A DNA stretch of 64,000 nucleotides from SAR324 cluster bacterium REDSEA-S27_B3 (lineage in GTDB: Bacteria; SAR324; NAC60-12). Location: NCBI GenBank assembly GCA_001627865.1, contig LUQO01000041.1, positions 6,284 through 70,283 of the forward strand, in the 5' to 3' direction. Made by a program: the position numbers and the translations under genes. Shown one piece after another: positions 40,388 to 49,775 of the stretch (position 1 is its first letter; the number at the start of each line of letters is the position of its first letter). The notes beneath the pieces are model-generated. The model was not told where the DNA came from, did no database searches, and saw only the letters and a list, made by a program, of their open reading frames with translations.

Positions 40388-42085
40388 ATGAGCAAAAGTA
40401 AGTCATCCCCTTCACCCGCGACAGATTTTATCCGCAATATCATCCGTGAAGATTTAGCTTCAGGAAAACATCAGCGCCTTGTGACTCGTTTTCCTCCGGA
40501 ACCAAATGGACACCTGCACATTGGCCACGCAAAATCAATTCAACTGAATTTTGGCACCGCGGAGGAATTTAACGGAATCTGCTTCATGCGTTTTGATGAC
40601 ACAAACCCGCTGCAAGAGGAAGAAGAGTATGTAGATGGTATTTTACGAGATGTGCGCTGGATGGGTTACGACTGGGACGAAAGGCTTACACATGCCTCAG
40701 ATTATTTTGAACAGCTTTACGAGTTTGCTGAGGAGTTGATAAAAATAAGCAAAGCTTATGTTGAAAGTCAGAACGCTGAACAAATCAGGGAAACACGCGG
40801 AACCCTGACTGAGCCAGGAAAGAACAGCCCATTCCGAGAGAGAAGCGTTGATGAAAATCTAAAACTTTTCAGGAAAATGCGTGCAGGTGAGTTTGAAGAC
40901 GGCGCCCATGTTTTGCGTGCAAAAATTGACATGGCTTCACCGAATATAAATATGCGTGATCCGGTGCTTTACCGTATCCGTAAAGTCTCTCATCAGCGTA
41001 CGGCTGACAATTGGTGCATTTATCCCCTTTATGATTTCACTCACGGTTTGTCTGACGCACTGGAGGGTGTAACCCATTCTCTCTGTACACTTGAATTTGA
41101 AGACCATCGTCCATTATATGACTGGATTCTGGCTGAGGTCAGTGCACCATGTATTCCCCGTCAAATAGAATTCTCGCGGCTTAATCTTGGCTACACTGTA
41201 CTCAGCAAACGAAAACTGATACAGCTTGTTGAAGAAGGCCATGTGGAAGGTTGGGATGATCCGCGCATGCTGACTCTGTCCGGTTTGAGGCGACGAGGCT
41301 TTCCTGCTTCGGCTTTGCGTTTGTTTTGCGAGCGAATCGGCATTTCTAAAAGTGAAAACAATATCGAGATGAGCGTGCTGGAAGATTGTGCGCGTGAAGT
41401 ACTTGACAAATCAGCCCCTCGTGCGATGGGGGTTTTGAGGCCGTTGAAAGTTATTATTACAAATTATCCGGAAGATCAGACAGAAGAATTTGAACCGGCA
41501 AGGCATCCAAAAAATCCTGAAATGGGAACACGTATAGTTCCTTTTTCAAGAGAAATTTTCATTGACCATGACGATTTTCGTGAAGATCCTCCTCCCAAAT
41601 TTTTCAGACTGAGTCCCGGAAAAGAAGTCCGACTGCGATACGCCTACGTAATCCGCTGCGCTGAGGTGATTTATGACAAATCAGGCAAGGTGATTGAACT
41701 GCGCTGCACATACGATCCTGCCACACGCTCCGGTGCAAAAGCGGAAGGACGAAAAGTAAAGGGCATTATTCACTGGGTTTCAGCGAGACATTCAGTTCCG
41801 GTGGAAGTTCGTTTATACGACCGCCTGTTCTCGAAACCGATTCCCGGAAAAGATGATCCGGAAGGAAATTTCCTCAATGACATCAATCCGGATTCAATTG
41901 AAATTATTTCTGACTGCCAGGTTGAGCCTGGATTAACAGCAGCAAACACACAGGAAGTTTATCAGTTCGAAAGAGTGGGCTATTTTTGTCCTGATTCAAA
42001 AGATTCACGCCCGGATGCATTGGTATTTAACCGTACAGTAACCCTGAGAGATACCTGGGCCAGGCTGGAGCAGGATCAAACCTGA
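40388..42085 (+). CDS. glnS: Glutamine--tRNA ligase
   Basis: 565 aa. [14 protein letters not shown] (HIGH motif), VLSKRKL (KMSKS-type motif), and GlnRS-type C-terminal beta-barrels. Confidence 0.93.
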   Translation: MSKSKSSPSPATDFIRNIIREDLASGKHQRLVTRFPPEPNGHLHIGHAKSIQLNFGTAEEFNGICFMRFDDTNPLQEEEEYVDGILRDVRWMGYDWDERLTHASDYFEQLYEFAEELIKISKAYVESQNAEQIRETRGTLTEPGKNSPFRERSVDENLKLFRKMRAGEFEDGAHVLRAKIDMASPNINMRDPVLYRIRKVSHQRTADNWCIYPLYDFTHGLSDALEGVTHSLCTLEFEDHRPLYDWILAEVSAPCIPRQIEFSRLNLGYTVLSKRKLIQLVEEGHVEGWDDPRMLTLSGLRRRGFPASALRLFCERIGISKSENNIEMSVLEDCAREVLDKSAPRAMGVLRPLKVIITNYPEDQTEEFEPARHPKNPEMGTRIVPFSREIFIDHDDFREDPPPKFFRLSPGKEVRLRYAYVIRCAEVIYDKSGKVIELRCTYDPATRSGAKAEGRKVKGIIHWVSARHSVPVEVRLYDRLFSKPIPGKDDPEGNFLNDINPDSIEIISDCQVEPGLTAANTQEVYQFERVGYFCPDSKDSRPDALVFNRTVTLRDTWARLEQDQT

Positions 42086-42108
42086 CAAAATCGTGAGACA
42101 CGAAGCAG

Positions 42109-43362
42109 ATGTTTTTTTCCAGATCACATCGACTTTTGATTTTTGTGCTTTCCGTACCTGCATTTTTCTTTTTTGTTTCCTCAACAGGATCATCGGTTGT
42201 CTGGGCTTATGATGACGCGCCGGAAATCTATCATTCCTATCTCAATCAGGAAAATTTTCTTGATATTAAATCCTACCAGTTCCATAAATTAAAAGAAGAA
42301 GAATGGTATGAAAGTCAGGGAGGATGGCGTCTGTCCGGTGGAAGCATGGGGCTGGACCTCCTTTATACAGATCTGGAAGTACGACTGCCTTATCAGCTTG
42401 GAGAGGAAGCTACTGTTTATTTTAAAGCATGGCAGGAAGAATTTTATGAAATTAAACCCTTCCGGTATCTGGTGGAAGTTGAATGGCGTGCAGTCAAGCA
42501 GGTCGGGTTATCTTTTCTCGGAATGCCGGAATATGACAAGCGCAAAGCCGATCAGGGCGGAAGCATTACGTGGGGGAAAAGACCATGGAATTACCTTAGA
42601 TTCCAGCAGTTATTCCAGGATCTTTATTATAACGAAAAGAATTTTTACGATACTTCATATTATTCACCGCATCCTGTCGAAAATCATCTTGAAGGCGCGT
42701 TCAGCTGGAATAACTGGCGAGGCCGCTTCAGTTATGTGCTGGACAAACCATTCAAACAGGTATTTCCAAAACAGGAGCTGACATTTACATATAAAAGCAA
42801 AGACAGCAGGGCAACACTGGATTACCACTATGGAGAACAACGGCTGGCCGGTCTGAGCTGTCGCAGCTTCGATATTCAAAAACGCCGGGAAATAAAAAAT
42901 CCTTCCGAATCTTCTTCTCCCGATAACCGGCAACAGCAGCTGCTTTACACATCAACAGATTTGTATTGGCTTCATCCTCTGAGCGCGGAAATGCATGGAA
43001 CAATTGGATTGCGTGAAGACCGTTTTCGCAATTTGTTCAGGCAGCTGGATTTGGCTTATGATAATTACGATTTTCATTTGTGGACATTGCAGCTTTACGG
43101 AATTCTCCGTCACAAAACTGCTGCGGACAGATACCGTGAATATGCCCTGTATGCCGCAGACACTGACAAAGTAACCGATTATCACAGTGCTGAAAGGGAA
43201 GATAAAGCACGGAGAAAACCTGAAGTCAAATTTCGCGTGAGCTGGGATTTACAGAATTCAGCCAATCAGTCCGCCCTGATGTTCACAACCAGCTGGAATC
43301 TGGATGATTTTTTCAACGACTTCTGGGATGGCGGAAACATTTCTTACCAGAAAACTTTTTAG
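42109..43362 (+). CDS. Hypothetical exported protein, possibly an outer-membrane beta-barrel
   Basis: Signal peptide (LLIFVLSVPAFFFFVSS), aromatic-rich with alternating hydrophobic patterns, and a C-terminal ...ISYQKTF with terminal Phe. Confidence 0.5.
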   Translation: MFFSRSHRLLIFVLSVPAFFFFVSSTGSSVVWAYDDAPEIYHSYLNQENFLDIKSYQFHKLKEEEWYESQGGWRLSGGSMGLDLLYTDLEVRLPYQLGEEATVYFKAWQEEFYEIKPFRYLVEVEWRAVKQVGLSFLGMPEYDKRKADQGGSITWGKRPWNYLRFQQLFQDLYYNEKNFYDTSYYSPHPVENHLEGAFSWNNWRGRFSYVLDKPFKQVFPKQELTFTYKSKDSRATLDYHYGEQRLAGLSCRSFDIQKRREIKNPSESSSPDNRQQQLLYTSTDLYWLHPLSAEMHGTIGLREDRFRNLFRQLDLAYDNYDFHLWTLQLYGILRHKTAADRYREYALYAADTDKVTDYHSAEREDKARRKPEVKFRVSWDLQNSANQSALMFTTSWNLDDFFNDFWDGGNISYQKTF

Positions 43363-43507
43363 CTGATAACATTCCTTTTATGCACTATCATTTCTTGCTT
43401 TAGGAAAAACTGTTTCCACCTTCAGGAACAGCTAAACCCAACCTTAAACTCTGATATGCCTAGACACCCAGCAACCACTGGAACAAATTAATCTTTTGAG
43501 TAAAACC

Positions 43508-44899
43508 ATGAGCATTGAAAATTTTGACCAAATACAGAACTTCGATAACGAAAACTTCGTGCATCCCTGGGAGAGCATGAAAGATTTCGGCTGCAACACC
43601 CGCACGTTTGCTGAAAGCGCAGAGGGGATCTACCTCTACGACGAAAAAGGCCAGAAGCTGATTGACGGGCCCGGCGGCATGTGGTGCGTGCAGATTGGCT
43701 ACGGACGCAAGGAGATGGCCGAGGCGATTGCCGAACAAGTCCTCAAGATGCCGTACTACTCGCCGTGGAACATGAGTGCGTCGCCGAGCGCGGTGCTGGC
43801 CAACAAGCTGGCCGAGTTGGCTCCGGGAGACCTGAACCACGTCTTCTTCACGACCTGTGGCTCCACCGCCGTGGACACCGCCATCCGCTTCGTGCAGTTT
43901 TACAACAACGTGCGGGGGTTCCCCCGGAAGAAGCGGATCATCTCGCGGGAAAAAGCCTACCACGGCAGCACCTACCTGAGTGCTTCACTCTGCGGCAAGG
44001 CCCGTGACAAGGACTGGCTGGACACCGCGCACGAGCTGGTGCATTTTCTCCCGGATGTCAACCCCAGCCGCCGCCCGGAAGGGATGAGCACGGAGGCATT
44101 TTTGGAGGAAAAGGTCGCCGACCTCGAAACGGCGATCCAGACGCTCGGCACAGAGAACGTCGGAGCCTTCATCGCCGAGCCGGTGCTGGCCTCCGGAGGA
44201 GTGATCGTCCCGCCCGCAGGCTACCACCAACGCTGCCTGGAGATCTGCCGTAAGCACGACGTGCTGTACATCTCCGATGAGGTCGTGACGGGGTTTGGCC
44301 GTTTGGGGCACTGGTTTGCGTCCAAGGAGGTTTTCGGCATCGAGCCGGATTTGATCACCTGCGCCAAGGGGTTGACTTCCGGCTATGTGCCGATGGGCGC
44401 TTGTCTTATCTCCGATCGCATTTTCAGGGAAATCTCCGGAGAACGCTCGCAGGGCGCGTCCTTCAGCAACGGCTACACCTACTCCGGACATCCAGTGGCC
44501 GCTGCCGCTGGGCTCAAGAACTTGGAGATCATCGAAAACGAGGGACTGCTGGAGCATGTCCGCGAAATCTCGCCGTACTTTCAACAGCGGCTCCGGGAAC
44601 TGCGGAAACTGCCGCTGGTGGGCAACACCCGTGGCGTCGGGCTGGTTGGCTGCATTGAAGGCCGCATCGTGGACCCGGACAATCCGGACGCACTGGCAAT
44701 GGACGTTGCGATGGGTTCCCGCATTGACAAGCACTGTCAGGCGTTGGGGCTGATAGTACGTCCGCTCCTGAACATGTGCGTGTTCTCGCCCCCGCTGATC
44801 ATAACTGTAGAACAAATTGATGAGATGTTCAACATACTTGAGCAGGGAATCCTCCGGGCCACGGAGGACTTGCGCCAGGAAGGTTTGTGGAAAGGATAA
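43508..44899 (+). CDS. Class III (omega) PLP aminotransferase, putrescine/beta-alanine:pyruvate-type
   Basis: GGMWCVQIGYGR, YHGSTY, ISDEVVTGFGRLG, and CAKGLTSGY (PLP lysine). The ATG at 43508 is preferred over the TTG at 43496. Confidence 0.88.
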   Translation: MSIENFDQIQNFDNENFVHPWESMKDFGCNTRTFAESAEGIYLYDEKGQKLIDGPGGMWCVQIGYGRKEMAEAIAEQVLKMPYYSPWNMSASPSAVLANKLAELAPGDLNHVFFTTCGSTAVDTAIRFVQFYNNVRGFPRKKRIISREKAYHGSTYLSASLCGKARDKDWLDTAHELVHFLPDVNPSRRPEGMSTEAFLEEKVADLETAIQTLGTENVGAFIAEPVLASGGVIVPPAGYHQRCLEICRKHDVLYISDEVVTGFGRLGHWFASKEVFGIEPDLITCAKGLTSGYVPMGACLISDRIFREISGERSQGASFSNGYTYSGHPVAAAAGLKNLEIIENEGLLEHVREISPYFQQRLRELRKLPLVGNTRGVGLVGCIEGRIVDPDNPDALAMDVAMGSRIDKHCQALGLIVRPLLNMCVFSPPLIITVEQIDEMFNILEQGILRATEDLRQEGLWKG

Positions 44900-46985
44900 T
44901 CCAGGATGACACAACGCGATCCCCGTTACGACATTCTCTTTGAGCAGGTGCCAATTGGTCCGGTGACGGCCCGCAACCGCTTTTACCAGGTTCCGCACTG
45001 TAACGGTATGGGCCATGTACGCCCAAACACGCTTGCTGCCATGCGTGGGATCAAGGCCGAGGGCGGCTGGGCGGTGGTCTGTACTGAGGAGGTGGAAATT
45101 CATGCCAATTCCGACAACGGCCTAGCAGCGGAAGGACGGCTCTGGGACGATGGCGACATTCCAGCACTGGCGAAAATGGCGGCAGCAGTGCATGAGCATG
45201 GAGCGCTCGCCGGAATCGAACTCGTTCACGGTGGCTATTCCAGCGCCAATCACTATAGCCGCATCCCGCCGATTGCCCCCAGCGTGGCCTCCGTCAATTC
45301 CTACGATCCGGTGCAGGCACGGGCGATGACCAAGGCCGACATCCGTGATTTTCGCAAATGGCACCGTCAGGCGGCGTTGCGGGGCAAGCAGGCGGGCTTC
45401 GATCTCGTTTATGTCTATGCCGGGCACAACCTGACGCTGCTGATGCACTTCCTCTCCCGCCGCTTCAACCAGCGCACGGACGAATACGGCGGCTCGCTGG
45501 AAAACCGCGTGCGCCTCTTCCGGGAAGTGCTGGAGGAGACCAAGGAGGCCGTGGGCGACCGCTGTGCCGTCGCGGTGCGTTTTGCTGTGGATGAATTGCT
45601 TGGTCCCAAGGGCATCACCGCTGAGAACGAAGGCCGGGAGGTCATCGAGATGCTGGCGGAACTGCCGGACCTCTGGGACGTGAACATCAGCGAATGGGAG
45701 AACGACTCAGCGACCTCGCGCTTTGAGAAAGAAGGCTATCAGGAGCCATACATCGGCTTCGTCAAATCGCTCACCTCCAAGCCCGTGGTGGGCGTGGGAC
45801 GCTACACCTCCCCGGACACGATGGTTTCGCTTATCCAGCGCGGAGTGATGGACCTGATCGGTGCGGCGCGGCCCTCGATTGCCGACCCGTTCCTGCCCAA
45901 GAAAATCGAGGAGGGGCGGCTTGATGAAATCCGGGAGTGCATCGGCTGCAACATCTGTGTGGCGGGAGACTGGCTGGCGGTGCCGATGCGCTGCACGCAG
46001 AACCCCACGATGGGCGAGGAGTGGCGGCGCGGCTGGCACCCGGAACACATCGAGCCGAGTAGAAGCGACGAAGGCGTGCTGGTCGTGGGCGGCGGGCCTG
46101 CCGGGCTGGAATGCGCCCTCGCGCTCGGCCAGCGCGGCTACCGTGTGATGCTGGCGGAAGCGTCCGAGGAACTCGGCGGACGGGTCAGCCGGGAAAGCCG
46201 ACTGCCCGGACTCGCCGAGTGGGGGCGTGTGCGAGACTATCGGGCGACACTGCTGGAGAAGCAGGAAAACGTCACGCTGTATCGCGGCAGCAAGCTGAGC
46301 GCAGAGGACATTCTGGAGTTCAGCGCGAAAGACCAATTCGGATTCTCCCATGTGTTGCTCGCGACCGGAGCAACGTGGCGGCGGGATGGCATTGCCCGCG
46401 AACACCGCGAGCCGATTCTCGGATTGGATCACATGACGGTGCTGACCCCGGACGATCTGATGGACGGAGTTTCCGCAAGCGGGAACGTCGTGATTTTTGA
46501 CGACGAGCATTACTACATGGGCGGGGTGTTGGCCGAAAAACTGCGGCTCGACGTCCATGAGGTTCGGCTGGTCACTCCGGCTCCGGACATTTCCAACTGG
46601 ACGCACCACACGATGGAGCAAGGGCGCATCCAAACGCGGCTGCTGGAACTCGGCGTGGAGCTTGCGCCGCAGCACAACCTTGTCTCCGTGCATTCCGGAG
46701 AGGTTGAGTTGGCCTGTGTCTTCACGGATCGGCGCACGCGCCACGTCTGCGACACCTTGGTGCTGGTCACGGAACGTCTGCCCAACAACACCCTCTACCA
46801 CCAATTGCAGTCCAATCCGGAAGGACTCGCTCAAGCTGGGATCAAGACGCTACGGTGCATTGGCGATTGCTTTGCGCCCGGAATCATTGCCGCCGCCGTG
46901 CATTCCGGGCACCTCGCCGCCCGCGAGCTTGAAGCAGAGGCTCCCGGCGAAGTGCCGTTCCTGCGCGAGCGCGTGGTTGTTTTAA
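43555..46985. other. GC-rich compositional block (about 57-68% GC in hand-counted lines) embedded in about 40% GC DNA
   Basis: Hand counts per 60 nt: 43441-43500 24; 43501-43560 19; 43561-43620 34; 43801-43860 36; 46921-46980 41; 46981-47040 16. Confidence 0.7.
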
Positions 46986-46996
46986 ATGAAATCTGA
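44906..46996 (+). CDS. Trimethylamine/dimethylamine/histamine-dehydrogenase-family iron-sulfur flavoprotein
   Basis: 696 aa, colinear with TMADH as recalled: RNRFYQVPHC (Cys for 6-S-cysteinyl-FMN), RTDEYGGSLENR, CIGCNICV...CTQN (4Fe-4S ligands), and VVGGGPAGLE (ADP-binding fold). Confidence 0.85.
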   Translation: MTQRDPRYDILFEQVPIGPVTARNRFYQVPHCNGMGHVRPNTLAAMRGIKAEGGWAVVCTEEVEIHANSDNGLAAEGRLWDDGDIPALAKMAAAVHEHGALAGIELVHGGYSSANHYSRIPPIAPSVASVNSYDPVQARAMTKADIRDFRKWHRQAALRGKQAGFDLVYVYAGHNLTLLMHFLSRRFNQRTDEYGGSLENRVRLFREVLEETKEAVGDRCAVAVRFAVDELLGPKGITAENEGREVIEMLAELPDLWDVNISEWENDSATSRFEKEGYQEPYIGFVKSLTSKPVVGVGRYTSPDTMVSLIQRGVMDLIGAARPSIADPFLPKKIEEGRLDEIRECIGCNICVAGDWLAVPMRCTQNPTMGEEWRRGWHPEHIEPSRSDEGVLVVGGGPAGLECALALGQRGYRVMLAEASEELGGRVSRESRLPGLAEWGRVRDYRATLLEKQENVTLYRGSKLSAEDILEFSAKDQFGFSHVLLATGATWRRDGIAREHREPILGLDHMTVLTPDDLMDGVSASGNVVIFDDEHYYMGGVLAEKLRLDVHEVRLVTPAPDISNWTHHTMEQGRIQTRLLELGVELAPQHNLVSVHSGEVELACVFTDRRTRHVCDTLVLVTERLPNNTLYHQLQSNPEGLAQAGIKTLRCIGDCFAPGIIAAAVHSGHLAARELEAEAPGEVPFLRERVVVLNEI

Positions 46997-47086
46997 CATT
47001 TTCAAAGAAACTGAATTCATCAGAAAAAATATTGGTGTCGATAGTTAATCTGAATTACTATGTATTAATTTGCCAAAAGGAGATTT

Positions 47087-48091
47087 ATGAAAACAGTGGG
47101 TGACGGTGCTTTCCGCAGGGAAGATTTACATAGCCGCTCAAATGACATGACCTTTTCAGGTGCGCTCAGTTTTCTGCGACGCAAGTATTCCCGTGACTTA
47201 ACAGGGGTGGATGTTGCAGTGACAGGTATTCCTTATGATTGTGCCACCAGTAATCGCCCAGGAGCCCGCTTCGGACCTCGTGGAATTAGAGCAGCCTCTA
47301 CAGAGATTGCCTCACTGGATGCTTTCCCCTTTAATTTCGACCCCTTCGAACATCTGGCCGTAGTTGATTATGGAGATGTGTGGCTGGATTACGGATACCC
47401 GCAGCATGTTGTGGAGAAGGTGGAAAAACATGCCGACACAATCCTGAAGCAGGGCACCTCGATGCTGAGCTTCGGGGGAGATCACTTCATCACCTATCCT
47501 TTGCTGCGTGCACATCACAAGGTACATGGACCTCTCTCACTGATACACTTTGACGCGCATTCAGACACGTGGGATGACGACGGCAACAGGCTGGATCATG
47601 GCTCCATGTTCCTGAGGGCGGCACGGGAGGGGATTGTGGTTCCGGAGAAATCTGTGCAAATCGGAATCAGAACACAAAATTATTGCACACAGGGCTTCAA
47701 CATTCTGTATGCCCCATGGGTACATACTAACGGAGTGCAGGCTGTGATTGACAGTATTCACAAATTCGTTTCACCGGATGATCCTGTTTATATTACTTTT
47801 GATATTGACTGCCTCGACCCTGCTTTTGCCCCAGGAACCGGGACTCCTGTTGTAGGAGGTTTGAGCACCACACAGGTTTTGCCGATACTGCAATCCCTTG
47901 GTGACCTCAATTTGATTGGAATGGATATTGTTGAGGTGGCACCGGCTTACGACCATGCGGAAATCACTGCTTTGGCGGCTTCTGCCATTGGCTACAACTA
48001 CCTGTGCCTGCTGGCGCAAAAGAAGGGGGCGCAGGCAAAGTACATTGGAACCCGGCTTGATGAAACCCCTAGCGGCTTTGCCTCAGGCTGA
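47087..48091 (+). CDS. speB: Agmatinase/guanidino-acid ureohydrolase (arginase family)
   Basis: Mn-binding motifs GGDH, HFDAHSD and TFDIDCLDP. 334 aa. Confidence 0.85.
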   Translation: MKTVGDGAFRREDLHSRSNDMTFSGALSFLRRKYSRDLTGVDVAVTGIPYDCATSNRPGARFGPRGIRAASTEIASLDAFPFNFDPFEHLAVVDYGDVWLDYGYPQHVVEKVEKHADTILKQGTSMLSFGGDHFITYPLLRAHHKVHGPLSLIHFDAHSDTWDDDGNRLDHGSMFLRAAREGIVVPEKSVQIGIRTQNYCTQGFNILYAPWVHTNGVQAVIDSIHKFVSPDDPVYITFDIDCLDPAFAPGTGTPVVGGLSTTQVLPILQSLGDLNLIGMDIVEVAPAYDHAEITALAASAIGYNYLCLLAQKKGAQAKYIGTRLDETPSGFASG

Positions 48092-48155
48092 TCAGAAGTC
48101 GGCCTTGACCACTTATAACAATTCCAAGTTGAGGCAGGTCCACGCTGGTATTCGT

Positions 48156-48887
48156 TCAGGGCAGGGGCAGCTTGGCCATTCGTCCACCGTCCACCGTGTA
48201 AACCTGTCCGGTCACAAAGGACGCCGCATCTGATGCCAGCCAGGCAACAAGTTCGGCGACCTCTTCCGGACTTCCCGTGCGCCCAACAGGGTGGATATGA
48301 CCGGTGTCTTTACGGAACTGTTCCGGATTTGGCATGGAGTTGATGAAATCGATGTTGAGATCAGTATCAATCCAGCCCGGAGCCACCGCATTGCAACGAA
48401 TGCCTTCCGGGCCGTGATCCACCGCAACAGCACGTGTGAGCCCGTGTAATCCTGCCTTGGACGCACAGTATGCGGGATGCCGGGGATTCGATCCCAGCCC
48501 CTCAATGGAACCGATGTTGACAATCGCCCCGTGTCCACGCAACAGCGGAAGGGAGTGTTTGATCAAGAGAAACGGTGCACGCAGATTTACCGACAATGTG
48601 CGTTCCCAGTCCTCCAGAGGCATTTCCTCCACAGTACCCTCCAGCATCATGCCCGCGTTGTTTACCAGAATGTCGAGTCGTCCAGCCTTTTCCTTCAGTT
48701 GCGTTATAACTGCTTCGGGCGCCTCTGGATCAGCAAGGTCAACCAAAATGGTCTCAAAATCGTTAGCACGTTGCCTTTGCGCGGTAAACACGCGAATGTC
48801 ATCCTCCGCAAACCGTTGGGCACATGCGAGGCCAATACCACTGCGCCCGCCCGTCACCAGTGCCACCTTTTGCAGCGTTTTGCTCAT
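48156..48887 (-). CDS. Short-chain dehydrogenase/reductase
   Basis: [16 protein letters not shown] and YCASKAG. The start is set at MSKTLQK, whose ATG overlaps the upstream SDR stop as ATGA (48884-48887). Confidence 0.85.
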   Translation of the reverse strand: MSKTLQKVALVTGGRSGIGLACAQRFAEDDIRVFTAQRQRANDFETILVDLADPEAPEAVITQLKEKAGRLDILVNNAGMMLEGTVEEMPLEDWERTLSVNLRAPFLLIKHSLPLLRGHGAIVNIGSIEGLGSNPRHPAYCASKAGLHGLTRAVAVDHGPEGIRCNAVAPGWIDTDLNIDFINSMPNPEQFRKDTGHIHPVGRTGSPEEVAELVAWLASDAASFVTGQVYTVDGGRMAKLPLP

Positions 48888-49636
48888 GCGACAGCCTTCC
48901 CGCCGTTTACCTCTACCAACGCGCCACACATGTAGCGTGACTTTTCGGAGGCCAGAAACAGCACCACATCGGCTATGTCCTCCGGTTCTGCAATACGACC
49001 GAGCGGCACGGACTGATTCAACTCCAAAATCGCACGATCCGGGTCAAGCCCACGAATCTCAAATCCCGACCTGATCATAGGGGTGTTGACTTCATTGGGA
49101 CATACGGCATTGACACGGATTCCTTGATGAGCATGATCCTTGCCCAGACACTGAGTCAGCGAGGCAAGCGCAGCCTTGGTCATGCAGTAAAGCGGATGGT
49201 TCTGCCCAGGATATACACCCCAGCACGAAGCGACGTTGACAATTGCTCCTCCGCCGTTTTCCTCCAGCAAAGGTATCGCTGCACGGCAGATACGGAACGG
49301 TGCTTCGATATTGACCGACACTGAGAGCCGGAAATCCTCATCGCTGGCTTCCGTCACAGGACCACGTCGTATGATTCCGGCGTTGTTGATGACTATGTCC
49401 AGTCCACCCAGCACCTCAGCCGCCTGCTGGGGCAAGGTATCACAATAATCCGGATCGGTTAAATCCCCAGGAAGCATATCGTCGCTGACAACTCCATCAG
49501 CGTGTTGATCGACTCCCACAACGAATGCTCCAGACGCGGTCAGTGCCTTTACGATGGCCTGCCCTATTCCACCGGCAGCTCCGGTAACCAAGGCCTTTTT
49601 CCCGGAAAGATCAGCAAAGTCCGTCTCTGTTTTCAT
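48884..49636 (-). CDS. Short-chain dehydrogenase/reductase
   Basis: [15 protein letters not shown] and YCMTKAA. 250 aa. Confidence 0.85.
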   Translation of the reverse strand: MKTETDFADLSGKKALVTGAAGGIGQAIVKALTASGAFVVGVDQHADGVVSDDMLPGDLTDPDYCDTLPQQAAEVLGGLDIVINNAGIIRRGPVTEASDEDFRLSVSVNIEAPFRICRAAIPLLEENGGGAIVNVASCWGVYPGQNHPLYCMTKAALASLTQCLGKDHAHQGIRVNAVCPNEVNTPMIRSGFEIRGLDPDRAILELNQSVPLGRIAEPEDIADVVLFLASEKSRYMCGALVEVNGGKAVA

Positions 49637-49775
49637 AAAGCTACTGTCAGCAAATTAAATTATTGAAATTCAAAATAACTTTTGGACAATTCTCAATACT
49701 GACCCAAACTCACCATATATGGTCCTGCATTACCCACCGTTAGAGGGCTGTGGTGAGTAGAAAGTGTTCGATTCA

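Noticed and set aside
43985-45103. A 372-aa minus-strand ORF antisense to the aminotransferase and flavoprotein genes.
   Set aside because: It lies wholly inside the GC-rich block, where stop codons are rare. Its product is Arg/Ala/Gly/His-rich and low in complexity, with no motif. The plus-strand genes have full-length family matches.
45707-46834. A 375-aa minus-strand ORF antisense to the TMADH-like gene. Shorter relatives occur at 43460-43963, 45122-45448 and 46513-46791.
   Set aside because: Same reasoning: these are typical shadow ORFs of high-GC coding DNA.
48436-49074. 212-aa and 152-aa plus-strand ORFs across the two SDR genes.
   Set aside because: They are antisense to two ORFs with complete SDR motifs (TGxxxGxG, NNAG, YxxxK), and their products are low-complexity Ser/Arg/Pro-rich sequences.
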